From: Octopus vulgaris
Lineage: Eukaryota
Reading direction: 5' to 3'
Length of the DNA: 64,000 bases
Assembly (NCBI GenBank): GCA_951406725.2
Contig: OX597816.1
Coordinates: 139,128,001 to 139,192,000 of the forward strand
Below the pieces are notes generated by a model. It saw only the letters and a list, made by a program, of their open reading frames with translations. It ran no database searches and was not told where the DNA came from. The position numbers were made by a program, and so were the translations under genes. The first letter of the stretch is position 1. Each line of letters begins with the position of its first letter. Shown here piece by piece: positions 26,495 through 39,819 of the stretch.

Positions 26495-26777
26495 CATACA
26501 TGCTTTAATGACCATGGGATTGCACCTACAAAGTTCCCCTCCAAGACATCACTAGTCGCCCATGCATACCAGCCTCTACGTCACCGATGGTATCCAAGGG
26601 AAAGGTAAAGGCCAGTACAGATTAGCACCAGTGATGTCGCAACTCATTTCTTCAGCTGAGTGAACTGGAGCAACATGAAATAAAGTGTCTCTCTCAAGAG
26701 CACAACAAACAGCCCAGTCCAGGAGTTGAACTCACTACCTCATGATTGTGTGCTCTAACCACTGAGCCATACACCTT
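26495..26777 (-). mobile_element. SINE family A head with tail epsilon
   Basis: Reverse-complement match to 39275-39493. Confidence 0.7.
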
Positions 26778-27322
26778 TACTATACATAACATAAGAAGCG
26801 GACTTTTAAAAAATAATTACTGATGTAGATTCAATCAACCAAATACTTCAAAGCCGTGTCTCAGTTTGACCGCCGTCAAACGATTGAAATAACTAAAGGA
26901 AAATAATAATCATACATGTACATGTAGGGTATACTCGTTCCATGGAACAAGGTAATGAATCAGATATTTATCGTACCGAAATATTTACCGTACCACTTTT
27001 TCACGGCTGAGGTACGTTTCATATTCATTGCAGCAAACCTCTAGAATTCCCTTATTTCACGTGCGCACTCGCGCTCACAGGTGCATAAGTATTTTTTTAC
27101 AAATATTTGGGGAAGTAAGTTGTCAGTGGAATCGTTCTCTAATGTCACCACCTTTGAAGAACTTACAGACTTAAAGTGCATATACCTTCTCCTTTGTATC
27201 TCTCTGACTAATTAACAAAAATAATTGACGATGCATTTCTAATGGAATCAGTGAGAAAGAAAAAAGAAAGAAAAACTCGTAGGTATAAAATAGAGAGGGA
27301 GAGGGAAAGAAAAAAGAAACAA

Positions 27323-27407
<85 letters not shown>

Positions 27408-28082
27408 CGAACACTAAATTAGTCCGAAACAAAAAAAAACACAACAAACAACGAAAGAAACAAAAGAAGAAATAATGAAAAAGAAAAGAAGGAAAATAGA
27501 TAGGACTGAGCGAAGAAATGCCGAGCGAAATAGAAGAGACAAAGATATAATATTATGTCAAAGAGATAAATTTGGAGAAGGATACGAGAAAGCAAATATA
27601 TCTTAGAGTTGAAAGTTACGTAACAAAATGTGATAAATAAATGTATATAAATGTACACGTGAACGCGTACACACATACATATATACACATGCCTAGTATA
27701 TATACAAACATAAATATTTGCATACATATATAAGCATACATATTTATATATGCATATATAGATATATTTGTATATATATTTATACTTAAATACCTATCTC
27801 CTTCAAGTCAGCAGTTCAAAGCGTGCAGGCTCTTCATGTCAGCGCACTTCCGGTGCAAGTTGTCATCATTAGACCTGAGGGCGCCACTAGCCAGTAGTAA
27901 CGTCATCAGGTTCATTTGTGATCAAGTAGCACTCCTGGCTCTACTAATGATCCGGAAGTGATAACAGCTTTCGACGCTTAATTATAATTCTATTTAAATC
28001 ATCCCCGTCCGCCATAAAAGCTACTCTTTATACATACGTACATACATACATACATATATACATACGTACATACATACATACA

Positions 28083-28116
<34 letters not shown>

Positions 28117-28130
28117 CATACATACATACA

Positions 28131-28166
<36 letters not shown>

Positions 28167-28382
28167 TACATACATACATACATACATACATAGGTATATA
28201 GTCATGGATGCACCAACAAACACGAATTTAGTTGTATTGCGTACTCTATACGTATGTCTATGTGTACATGCGTGCACGTATGTTTATATGTGTGTATATA
28301 TATGTATATATATATATATGTATGTATATGTATGTATATATATAATATATAATATATAAATATATACATTATTATGTGTGTG

Positions 28383-28433
<51 letters not shown>

Positions 28434-29337
28434 TGTAATTATTATTATTAATAGTATTTTTGTTGTTATCATTCTTCATAATCATTAATGACATCTTGCC
28501 TAGCGAGAAATGCACTGCATATGCGAGCGGCAAAATTTATTACACACTCGCTGTCCTTCCTGCTCACACACGATGATAATGATGATGACGATGATCGCGA
28601 TAACGGACGGCAGTGGCGTTGATGATGACTGACGTTGATGATTATGACGACGATGACGGCGAAGACGAAATTGGTGGTGGTGGTGGTGGTGGTGGTTATG
28701 GCGGTGGTGCTGGTGCTGGTGATGGTGGTGGTGTATGTTGTGATGATATATGATGGTGATGACGGGTGGTGATGAGAGGAAGTAGGCAGAAACATGGGTA
28801 CATGAACAGCAAACAACACAACGCACACTGCATTTAAATACACACACACACGCGCACACATAGCGTCCCAAATGCACAGATACACATGCGTTTATGTACA
28901 AACACACACACATGCCTACAGACATACATACGCACGCACACACACACACACACACAGACACACACACATATATATATATATAAGCCCTTTCGTACATTGG
29001 TGCTAAAGTGCTTGGGTGAAATTGCACCCTGCACATTGGTCAGTTATCACACTTACCCATGTCAGTTTGGGACATAGTAATTAGTGTACCTTTCACCTTT
29101 GGCTCCATGCTGTCATATTCAGTGGTCTATACATATACCTTAATTTATTTGTGGGAAAATCTCCTTCGACTGTGAATATATTTTTGCTCATACGTAGTGT
29201 TCATGAAGTTAATACGGTCTTTCACATATATAGTTGTTTTTGTTTTGTTTTGTTTTTTTTTTGCAAATATATACCAGTCTTTGGTTTCATAGATGCAGTT
29301 TATAAATAAACACAAACGCCTGGCTCGATAGTTATAT

Positions 29338-29683
29338 CGATTTCAAATTTTGGCACAGTTTCGGGAAAGGGGCTAGGTCAATATTATCAACCCCAGTAAT
29401 CAAATTCCACAACGACGGTGGAATTTGAACTCAGAATGTAAAGACGGATGAAATGTAGCTTAACGATCCTGCCAGTTTGACTCGATAATTATATTCTTTT
29501 CTACTCTAGGCACAAGGCTCGAAATTTTGGGGGAGAGGGCCAGTCGATTGGATCGACCCCAGTACGGAACTGGTACTTAATTTATCGACCCCGAAAAGAT
29601 GAAACTCGACCTCGGCGGAATTTCAACTCAGAACATAAAGACAGGCGAAATACCGCAAAGCATTTCTGCCAGCTCGCCGTCTT
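29338..29683 (-). mobile_element. Two tandem SINE C copies of different tail types sharing a triplicated TSD
   Basis: TG(G/A)CTCGATA(G/A/T)TTATAT at 29321, 29478 and 29687. Confidence 0.85.
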
Positions 29684-30562
29684 ACTTGGCTCGATATTTA
29701 TATTAACAATACATCTAGATGACATCTCTTAATAACATATCATCTACTAAAATATATTAATTTTCTATACTAATGCATGATATTGTACTTTTAATTCGTG
29801 ATTCTCACATCCCTGCCTCTGTAGCAATCGTGAAAAGTATGCATTGTAAATATGAGTTAATATGATGAAACCATGCTTGGAATTGTCTTCCGTACATGCT
29901 GGGATAATTGAAATATTATTACTCTATGGAAAAAATAGTTTTCTTTTTCCCACTCCGCATAATTATTTGTAATTTGCTTTTCAATGTTTCTAACATTAAA
30001 TGTATTAACATGCGGATGGCGTCTATGTCTAATTTATCTAACTTTTAAATAATTGCATCTTTAATATGTTTAGAAACTTGTAATTACAAAATTACTAAAT
30101 TATGAATGCGTCTAATTATGAAAATGTCTGTGAATATTTGTTGAATAAAATTAATCCAAAAATAAATCTACATTTGCAATAATTCTGCTCTCATTATGTA
30201 ACATAATCAGAAGAAATATTTCAGACTATATTAACCTAGAAGTCATCCAATGAATCTAAACAGTAAATTCTTCTCTACAATGGGAAACATTTGAATATAG
30301 TTTGCATTACGCATTCTGTAACCATACTACTTGTTATATTCCAATGAGCGCCAGCGAACAGGGATGGAGTCGGCTTTAAGTTCTTCTGAGTCTCCAAGAA
30401 ATAGCAACCAAATGTCCATCAAGTTACATACCAAAATCTTTAAAAGAAGAAAACTTTCGATAATATGTACGAAATAAAAAAGACTCTATGGTCAAGTTTA
30501 GAACAGCAGTAATCCTATATCTACTTCACCAGAGTTTACCTGTGGTTAAACAATTCTAGTTA

Positions 30563-30760
30563 TAATATCCTTTCTACTATAAATTCAACGCTTGAAATTT
30601 TGAGCGAGTGGGATAGTTGATTATGTCGACCCTAGTGCTGTTCGACTGGTACTTATTTTATCGACCACAAAAGAATGAAAGGCAAAGTTGGCCTCAGTGT
30701 TTTTGAACTCAGAACGTAAAAAAATCCGAAGAAATATATCTAAGCAGTTTTTGCTCGAGT
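30563..30760 (-). mobile_element. Old SINE family C, tail 2
   Basis: TCGACCACAAAAGAATGAAAGGCAAAGTTG core. Confidence 0.7.
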
Positions 30761-31047
30761 TACTAATATTAGTTATCACAGCTACTAATATTACTATACT
30801 ACTATAGCTGTTACTATAACTGTTGTCATAGCCAAAAACGAGGAAAAAAGTCTGTGAAAGTATGTTACTATATACTTAATTTCTCAGATCTCTCTATAGC
30901 TCATAGTTTCTCCAAGCAACTGATTTCAATATTTGTAACACCCAATATATAACATTTTGAAGAGAAATACCTGAACAGTATTGATTATTCACCAAATCAC
31001 TTGCAAAGGAATCAAAGTTTAGAAATTGTGCAATATTCTGATAAGTA

Positions 31048-31448
31048 AGGCGGCGAGCTGGCAGAAACGTTAGCACGCCGGGCGAAATGCTTAGCGGTAT
31101 TTCGTCTGCCGTTACGTTCTGAGTTCAAATTCCGCCGAGGTCGACTTTGCCTTTCATCCTTTCGGGGTCGATAAATTAAGTACCAGTTATGCACTGAGGT
31201 CGATATAATCGACTTAATCCGTTTGCCTGTCCTAGTTTGTCCCCTCTGTGTGTAGCCCCTTGTGGGCAGTAAAGAAATAAGTATGTTGTCTGTCTTTATG
31301 TTCTGAATTCAAATTCCGCCGAGGTCGACTTTGCCTTTCATCCTTTCAGGGTCTATAAATTAATTACCAGTTGCGTACTGGGGTCGATCTAATTGACTGG
31401 CTCCTTCCCAAAAATTTCGGGTCTTGTACCTAGAATAGAAAAGAATAT
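31048..31448 (+). mobile_element. Dimeric SINE C (full monomer with tail 1, then truncated monomer with tail 2) with 12-bp TSD
   Basis: TSD TTCTGATAAGTA at 31036-31047 and 31449-31460 flanks the whole dimer. Confidence 0.9.
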
Positions 31449-31586
31449 TTCTGATAAGTAATTTTAAATTTTTAGTTTCCGGAAACTCTGAAGTTTCAGA
31501 ATAGAGACTAAATTGCTACAGCCAAGCAAACAAATCATATCAATAGCTATGCCATCCAATTTCTTGTTATTTACCGATAACAAAAC

Positions 31587-31903
31587 TGGCATTCCGTCAG
31601 TTGCGACGACGAGGGTTCCAGTTGACCCGCTCATCGGAACAGCCTGCTCGGGAAATTAACGTGTGTGTGGCTGAGCACTCCACAGACATGTGTGCTCTTA
31701 ACGTAGTTCTCAGGGAGATTCAGTGTGACACAGAATGGGGCATGGCTGGCCCTTTGAAAAATACAGGCGCTACTCATTTTTGCTAGCTGAGTGGACTGGA
31801 TGAACGTAAAATAAAATGTCTTGCTCAAAGACACAACGTATCACTGAGAATTGAACTCACGATCGTGAGCGGAATATACTAACCACTTAACCACACGCCT
31901 TCA
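31587..31903 (-). mobile_element. Chimeric SINE: family A head with tail delta
   Basis: Same architecture as 16041-16337. Confidence 0.85.
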
Positions 31904-32317
31904 CCGTTTACCAATGCATTTACTCTAATCAAGTAGGTTCAATGAGTAAACACATTCCTGTTTTCACATTTCCAGTCTCCCAGATATTGTATTTGACGAT
32001 ATATATCATCCAATGTAGCCGTCACGTTTTAAGGCAGAGAGATGTGATTTTGCTGCTACTTTTAATGGATTGAGTGACTTCGTAGGTTAAAATTAATTGA
32101 GAGTTAAGTCGGTTGGTTGGTTGGCTGGCTGGCTGGTTGGTTTGATGGTTGGTTGGTTGGTTGGTTAAAATGGCGGTAACTATCAGCATTTATTTGATAA
32201 TATACAAATATATTTGATCGACTCTCGTATAGCATTTTAACCTATGTGATTCCTCCCTTCAAACAAGTTGATTGGGGTGAAGATGTTCAGTAGAATAAAT
32301 ACCCTCAGTTTCACTGG

Positions 32318-32365
<48 letters not shown>

Positions 32366-32413
32366 CTGTCATTCACGAACATGAATGATTTTGTATCATC
32401 TATTATGTTACCG

Positions 32414-32630
32414 CTATTGTTGTTTTAGGTAACTACGTTGTCGCGAGCAGATATAGAACTCCCGATCCGCCCCTTGATCCGTAACCCAGCGATATAGTAA
32501 GGATGTGTAATCGGAGGGACAGTACCAGCTGGGTACGTGTGGAGTACCCAGCTGGAACTCATTATATCTGAGTAGAGTGGAGTAACGTGAAATGAAGTGT
32601 CTTGACCAAGTACACAAAGCATCGCCTGCA
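32414..32630 (-). mobile_element. SINE family A body with another distinct tail
   Basis: Minus strand CAAGACACTTCATTTCACGTTACTCCACTCTACTCAG followed by an unrelated tail. Confidence 0.55.
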
Positions 32631-33559
32631 CCATTATTTGTATCCAAAACAACAGGTCTTCATTAACTAAAACCTTATCCATTACGCGACGCATCTTCAC
32701 ATTCAACTCTACTTTAATGATTATAAATGCAATCATTCAGTATATATAAGAAGAAGAAATTTATGATTTTGAATCTCTTCCGTTGCTTTTATAAAACGTA
32801 TCAAGGTCAATTTGAAACACCTAAAATCTCTTGATACAAACAGTCCTCAGTGAACCTTCATTTCCAGACCAAAAGAAGATTGTCCGTATCTTTTTAATTA
32901 TTTTAAGCGATTTATTTAAAATATTAGTATACATTCTAAGGTTTTAAACTAAGTTCGTTAGACTGCTACAAACTGATACGTCAAGCAAACTGGTTTGCTG
33001 TATCCGGTTACAGCTGTTTACATTTCAGTCCAGGATAAATGTCAGCTTTGCTTTTCATTCTTACGGGGTCGCTAAAATAAAGTACTAACCAAAAACCTGG
33101 ATTTTTATAATCCATTGTTCCCTCTTCAATTTTCTAGGCCTTGCATCTATGTTAGAATTTAATATGATCCGTTTTGCTTTTCATTGTCTTTACACGTTTT
33201 AATATTCTGCTCTTCCCTTTTTCGTTTTCTTTTCTTTTCTGATCTTTCACGTTCAACTCACTTTCCTCCTCCTATTAATTTTTCTCATTAACTTACTCTG
33301 CTTTTTCTTTGAACTCCTACTACTGTTTCTCTGTTTCTCTCTTTCTCTATCAAATGTTATTGCACAAACACTTCCCTATTTCTTTGAATTTCCTTAACTT
33401 ACTTTTTCTTTAGCATTTGTAAAAGGGTTCAAGTATTTGCATATCACACTTTTTCATTCTCTTCTGTGTGTATGTGTATGTGTGTGTGTGTGTATACGTG
33501 CGTACACCTACATTTACACAACGCACGGTCACACACACATATACAAAACACAATCCAAA

Positions 33560-34140
33560 GAGGCTGGTGATCAGAAGGAGAACAGTGATTTTGTTGTGGA
33601 GAGTGAAGATTCCAACGTTTCAGGCAGAGATCTTCTTATAGGAAAGGTTGTCAGGGGGCAGATTAAAGAAAGACAGCAGAATTTTCTATCTTCTACGTTT
33701 GAGAAATTGGCGGCAACTGATGGGGAACGGAAAAAAAACTGATAGGGAACGCAAAAAGCGTGGACTTCATACTTAGTCAGGAAGAAGTAAGAGACAGAAA
33801 CTTGGGGAGAGAGATAGAAAGAATAAGAAATGAACTGATGAACATAATTGGGTTCAGACAAAATTACGTGAGAGTGGAGTTGAAGAATAAGAAAGGGATT
33901 ATTTAATTAAGAGGTGGTGTAGGAGTAACAGTAAAAACTGCCTGTTTAAACCCATCAATGACACTGCACCGAGTTCGAATATCAAACGTTCATCTTCCTG
34001 TGTCCTTGAGTATGTAAATCCTTGGTATACGGAAATGTTGCACACTGGGAAGTGAATAATGGTACGTCCTTTTTTTTGTTGAAGTGGGTAGCAACGTGTT
34101 GGCCTCGCATGCAATGGATTTTCCGGTCCCTTTGGCAATT
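33560..34140 (-). mobile_element. Penelope-like element fragment: GIY-YIG C-terminus plus pLTR with a decayed hammerhead (33610-33644)
   Basis: Frameshifted [55 protein letters not shown] matches the PLE pattern PVA.HFN..GH..EQRLIF.LGTL.P.GLN. Downstream TTCC-tataaga..GAAACGTT-GGAA. Confidence 0.7.
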
Positions 34141-34201
34141 TCACTGTACTCTTCCTGTTGATTTATGTCTATGCGTATGTGCACATGAACACACACTCAC
34201 A

Positions 34202-34204
<3 letters not shown>

Positions 34205-34277
<73 letters not shown>

Positions 34278-34456
34278 TATATATATATATACATATATAT
34301 ATATACATATATACATATATGTATATATATATACATATATATATATGTATATACATATATATATGTATATATATATACATATATATACACATATATATAT
34401 ATGTATATACATACATATATGTATACACACGAATATATATACATGCATACAAACAT

Positions 34457-34517
<61 letters not shown>

Positions 34518-34600
34518 TATTTATTTTCACACATATGTATACATGCACACATATCCATACACAGATACACTCTCTCTCTCCCCGTCTCTTCCTCCTCCTA

Positions 34601-34637
<37 letters not shown>

Positions 34638-35700
34638 TCGCTATCTTACAATATATGTATTTTCCCATTTATTTATTTTCATAATAGATATTCCTCAATC
34701 TTTCTCCATCATTTCTTTTCCAATAGTTGTCGGTTTATGTCCACTGCTATCATAATCCTTGCCAGCACTGCCACCCCTGCGCTACAGCCAACCGACATCG
34801 TCATCATCACAACCACCACCATCAACAGCGGCAGCAGCAGTAGCAGCAGAACTTCCGCTACCACCACTACCACACCAAAATCACTACCACTTCCACCGTC
34901 GCCACTAATACCAACACCATCATCATCATCAGCAGCAGCAGCGCACTAAGCTCTACCATCATCACCACCACCATTACCATCACCGCCACTACCACCAATA
35001 CCACCACTGTCACCACCGTCATCAGCAAAATCAGCTCTACCCTCTCCGCCAGAGCCACTACCACTACATCAACACTGCCGAACAACATCACTCCACGCAA
35101 CCATCAATTTCGAACAGTGCCACAACCACTCAACCACTACCACCACCACCACCACCACCTACACCACCACACCACCACCACCGCCACCACCACCACCACC
35201 ACCATCACAACTGCTATTACCATACCAACACTGCCAACAAGCAACACCATAACTAACAACCATTACCAATGAACCAGCACTATCACTTAACCAGACCACC
35301 ACCTCTCAACCACCTCTCCAACTCTACCACGACTACCACCACGACTACCACCACCACCACCACCACCACCACCACCACCACCACCACCACCAATACCACC
35401 AGTAACACCACCACTGACATACTAGCACTATTCAGATACAACCACGAATACCATTCAAACCTTACACCCAAACGTTCTCTCACTCGAAAACCTCTACCAT
35501 CATAACAGCCATAAGCACCACTAACACCACCGCCACCATAAACATTGATACCATCTTCAGCATCATCACCAGTGCTACAAACATACCCTTTCTCCTCTCC
35601 ATCATCATCATCATCATTTCCATCTTTAACCATTGCCTCTACTACATCTCCCCACCACCAACAACAACAGCAGTAGCAGCATCCCCTTCACCAACATCAT
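34205..35700. repeat. Compound microsatellite block: (TA)n/(TACA)n, then about 1.1 kb of degenerate (CAT)/(CAC)/(CAG) triplets
   Basis: Direct reading; source of the spurious poly-YI/T/H ORFs. Confidence 0.95.
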
Positions 35701-36485
35701 ATTTCTTAGACCGTCTCTCCTTACTCGCCTTCTGTCTCTCCCCCTTACTCTCTTTTTCACTCTCCTCCCACTTTCCCCTCTCCTCTTCTTCTCTCCGCCC
35801 CCCCCCTCCCGTCTTGTCTTTTCAACAGTATTTCCTCTCCTGTTCCTCTTCCCTTCCCATACTATTGAGAAATTACTAGAACTCCAACGTCAATACAAAG
35901 AAATTTATTATCTCGAAATCCTGCTTATTTTTGACCTGATCTAGGCACGCTCGCCCGGTTGCCTTCACTTGTTCTTCGCTATATTTATGGCCCCAAAGTC
36001 TTAAGTAAATGAAATGTGTCTTATCTTTCATTCTTCTTTTAATTCTTTCATGAAAGCCTTGATATATCGATATGTTTATGAGAGAAACTGGGCATAAATC
36101 ACATTTAAGCAGACAGGGTGCCTTCACTCTTCATTCTTTATATGTATATGTGGGTGTGAATGTCAATGCGTATGTGATGTGAGGTTGTGTGTGTGTGTGT
36201 GTGAGTGCGAGTGTGTACGTTTTTGTTTATGAATGAGTACGTATATGCGGCGGCGGCGGCGGCGTTACTGCGTGATTATATGCATACTTGCTTATGTGTT
36301 TGTTTTATTGTATGGAAGGAAAAAAAAATATCTGCTGCTGTAGTGTGAACTACATCCATAAGTGTCTGAGTGTGTGTTTGGGAATGGATATGTAAGGAAG
36401 GTGAGCGGGCTGGGTGAATAATGTTTGTGTGTGTGTGTGTGTGTGTGCATATCTAGGTATACGTATGTACACACACGCGCGCACG

Positions 36486-36544
<59 letters not shown>

Positions 36545-36589
36545 CACAAACACATATACATTTACATATATAAAATTACTCCGATATAA

Positions 36590-36629
<40 letters not shown>

Positions 36630-36643
36630 ATATGCATATATGG

Positions 36644-36721
<78 letters not shown>

Positions 36722-36883
36722 CATATATACATATATACATACATATATATGTATGTAGGTATGTATGTATATGTATATATATATATAACTGTTGTACCAC
36801 TATTTTATATATATATATATTCATATATATACATATACGCTTTATACTTATATATATATATGCATATATATATACATATATGC

Positions 36884-36934
<51 letters not shown>

Positions 36935-37295
36935 TGTATGTATGTATGTGTTTGTGTAAGTGGACATAAAAATGCATGTAAGTAATTTATGAACGTATTT
37001 ACATCCAAGTAAAAAACCACATACACAAAGATGCACGCACATAGATGATAGATACGCATTATATATAGTATTGAGAAGAAATATAGCTGAATGAAGAACT
37101 CAATATGAGAAGTAGAGTACAAAAATTATATTCTAACAAAATTTCGTCAAGTAATGCAGCTTAATTTCTATTATTAGAAAAGCCTTATTCGATGAAACCT
37201 AGCGGAACTGTGAACTCACCATCGCCTTTATATGCATTTGCTTGCTTACGTGTGTGTGTATGTGTATGCGTGTGTATGTGTGTGTGTTAGTGTGT

Positions 37296-37336
<41 letters not shown>

Positions 37337-37583
37337 GTGGGATTTCTTGTGTGCGCTGTTATATATATTCTATTTACAAATAATGGTGATGTATATGTTT
37401 GTTACGTGTCTGTGTAAAGTTATGTGTATGTACATGCATGATTGATTATATGCGTATAAATGTATTTTTATATTTGTATATAGATAGAGATATAGATATT
37501 GGTATGCGCGCACAACACACACACAATGTAACAACAACAACTTGGCAAAATAAAATACTAAATTGTTATATGTGTCACTAGCG

Positions 37584-37672
37584 CAGTGGTTTCCAACCTG
37601 TGGTCAGCGGACCCCTCGTGGTCCGCTAATGTAGTACTGCGAATCCGTGAACTAAATTCAAAATTTCACACT

Positions 37673-37710
<38 letters not shown>

Positions 37711-37720
37711 AATGTATATA

Positions 37721-37773
<53 letters not shown>

Positions 37774-37891
37774 ATGTGTATTACATACATACATGCATAC
37801 ATACATAAAGATAAGCATATTAAATGGAGTCCGTGGGGAAACTCATTTAAATAAAAGGGGTTCTTGGTAGTGAAAATGTTGGGAACCACTC
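37584..37891. mobile_element. hAT (Charlie/Buster-type) MITE
   Basis: TIRs CAGTGGTTTCCAAC / GTTGGGAACCACTC; 8-bp TSD CACTAGCG (37576) / CACTAGAG (37892). Confidence 0.85.
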
Positions 37892-37936
37892 CACTAGAGT
37901 CATAAAGTCGCTTACTTCAGTTCAAAATGTAATATT

Positions 37937-38533
37937 AATTTAAAATTTTGGCATAAGCCAGCTATTTCGGGGTTAAGTCGATTATATTTCGTGAATAAGT
38001 CGATTTCATCCAGCCTCTGGGCTGAACATGTGTCTGTTTTATCAACGCCAAAAAGGATCAAAGGCAAAGTCGACCTCAACAGTATTTGAACTCAGAAAGT
38101 AACACAGGACGAAATGTTGTTAAGTATTTTATCCGGCGTGGTAATGTTTCAGCTGGTTCGCACCTTAGTTAAAAAGTGTAAAGTTGGTTTTAAATTTTGG
38201 CACAACACCAGCAAAACCGTGGAAATGTAGTCGATGTAACTGACTACAGCGCCTGAGTGGTATTTATTTTATCGATCCCGAAAGGATGAAAGGCAATATC
38301 GACCTCGGCAGAACTCGGAATATAAAGACGGACGAAATGCCGCTAGGCATTTTCCCCAACGTACTAATGATTCTGCCAGCTCATGGTCTTAGTCTAAAAT
38401 ATAATATTTGTTTCAAAGTTTGGTACAAGGGATAAGGGTAAGACTTAAGTCGGTTACATTGACCACAGTGATCACGTGGTCGTTATTTTATCGAATCTGA
38501 ATAGATAAAAAGCAAAGTCGACCTCGACGGAAT
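37937..38533 (-). mobile_element. Array of three diverged SINE C copies separated by a four-fold repeated ~19-bp target
   Basis: (T/C)AGT.(C/T/A)AAAATGTAATATT variants at 37918, 38166, 38390 and 38534. Confidence 0.8.
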
Positions 38534-38852
38534 TAGTCCAAAATGTAATATTACTAAGAGAATGAAGACTGTAAAATCGGTTTACCAATTACAGATGACC
38601 AAATTTCATGGCATTTTGATCGACTGTGACTCATTTAAATTTGGCGTTCTGCAGAGCCTTCTTCCAGATTAAATTTTAAAAGCTTGCAATGGCACCATTT
38701 GATAATAGTTATATACATCCTATGTATTTTGCAGTTTATGTATATAATACATATTTGTTTCTGTTGATTATCCCCATCCTCAACATAACTCTGATCGGGT
38801 TAATGTATGATCAAAGAAGTTCCAACCTTGTCTAAATACAGAGGCTTACTAT

Positions 38853-39085
38853 ATGAAGACGCATGGCCTAGTTGTTACGGTGTGTTCGACACATAATCAT
38901 GAACCGAGCGTAGGTCTATGTTCTTGAACTTTATTTCATGTTGTCCACGTCTACTCACTTGCCAAAGTGTTTGTGCAGCAGTCCTCGACCAGGGGGCGGG
39001 GACATTATGGGTATTTTGATTGCTCATGGACGTGGAATCTGAGACGGTGTTTCGGTCTGATTGTGAGTACATAAAGCCTTGAGAT
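38853..39085 (+). mobile_element. Old SINE family A
   Basis: GAAGACGCATGGCCTAGTTGTTA head; GTTCTTGAACTTTATTTCATGTTG body. Confidence 0.55.
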
Positions 39086-39244
39086 AATCCAAGAAAGTCT
39101 ACTACATGTTATGAAGGAATATTCATTTACCAGTGCTGGATGTACCCTATAATTATGTTTATATATACATACATACATGCATACATACATACATACATAC
39201 ATACATACATACATACATACATACATACATACATACATACATAC

Positions 39245-39274
<30 letters not shown>

Positions 39275-39275
<1 letters not shown>

Positions 39276-39493
39276 AAGGCGCATGGCTCAGTGGCTAGAG
39301 CGTCGAGCTTATGATCGTGAGGTTGTGAGTTCAACTCCCGGACCGGGCTGTGTGTTATGTTCCAGAGCAAAACACTTTATTTCACGATGCTCCAGTTAAC
39401 TCAGCTGTAGAAATGAGTTGTGACATCACTGGTGCCAAGCTGTATTGGCCCCTTTGCCTTTACCTTGGATAACATCAGTTGTGTGGAGAGGGA
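39275..39493 (+). mobile_element. SINE family A head with tail epsilon
   Basis: GGCGCATGGCTCAGTGGCTAGAGC (A box), GAGTTCAACTCCC (B box), shared body. Confidence 0.85.
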
Positions 39494-39505
39494 TATATAT
39501 ATATA

Positions 39506-39553
39506 TCTCTCTATATAAACGGCTCTGTGCGTGTTTCGTGGCTGTTGCTGTAC

Positions 39554-39594
<41 letters not shown>

Positions 39595-39721
39595 GGGTGA
39601 AATAAAACACCGTTAGGACGCAACTACTTTTTATCTCAAAAAATTTCATTTTTTTCCATTTTTGGCTATAACTCTCAAAATGATAGTTATTTCCTACAAA
39701 CCTGAGCAACGCCGGGCGATA

Positions 39722-39724
<3 letters not shown>
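39506..39724 (+). mobile_element. Non-autonomous Helitron (terminal CTAG lost)
   Basis: 5' TCTCTCTATATAAAC. The 3' end ATAGTTATTTCCTACAAACCTGAGCAACGCCGGGCGATACTG is nearly identical to 23217-23260. Confidence 0.7.
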
Positions 39725-39814
<90 letters not shown>

Positions 39815-39819
39815 GTGTG

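Noticed and set aside
34600-35700. Mucin-like or Thr/His-rich coding exon
   Set aside because: Degenerate triplet repeats broken by stops; similar blocks occur at 28570, 47860 and 59470 in both orientations.
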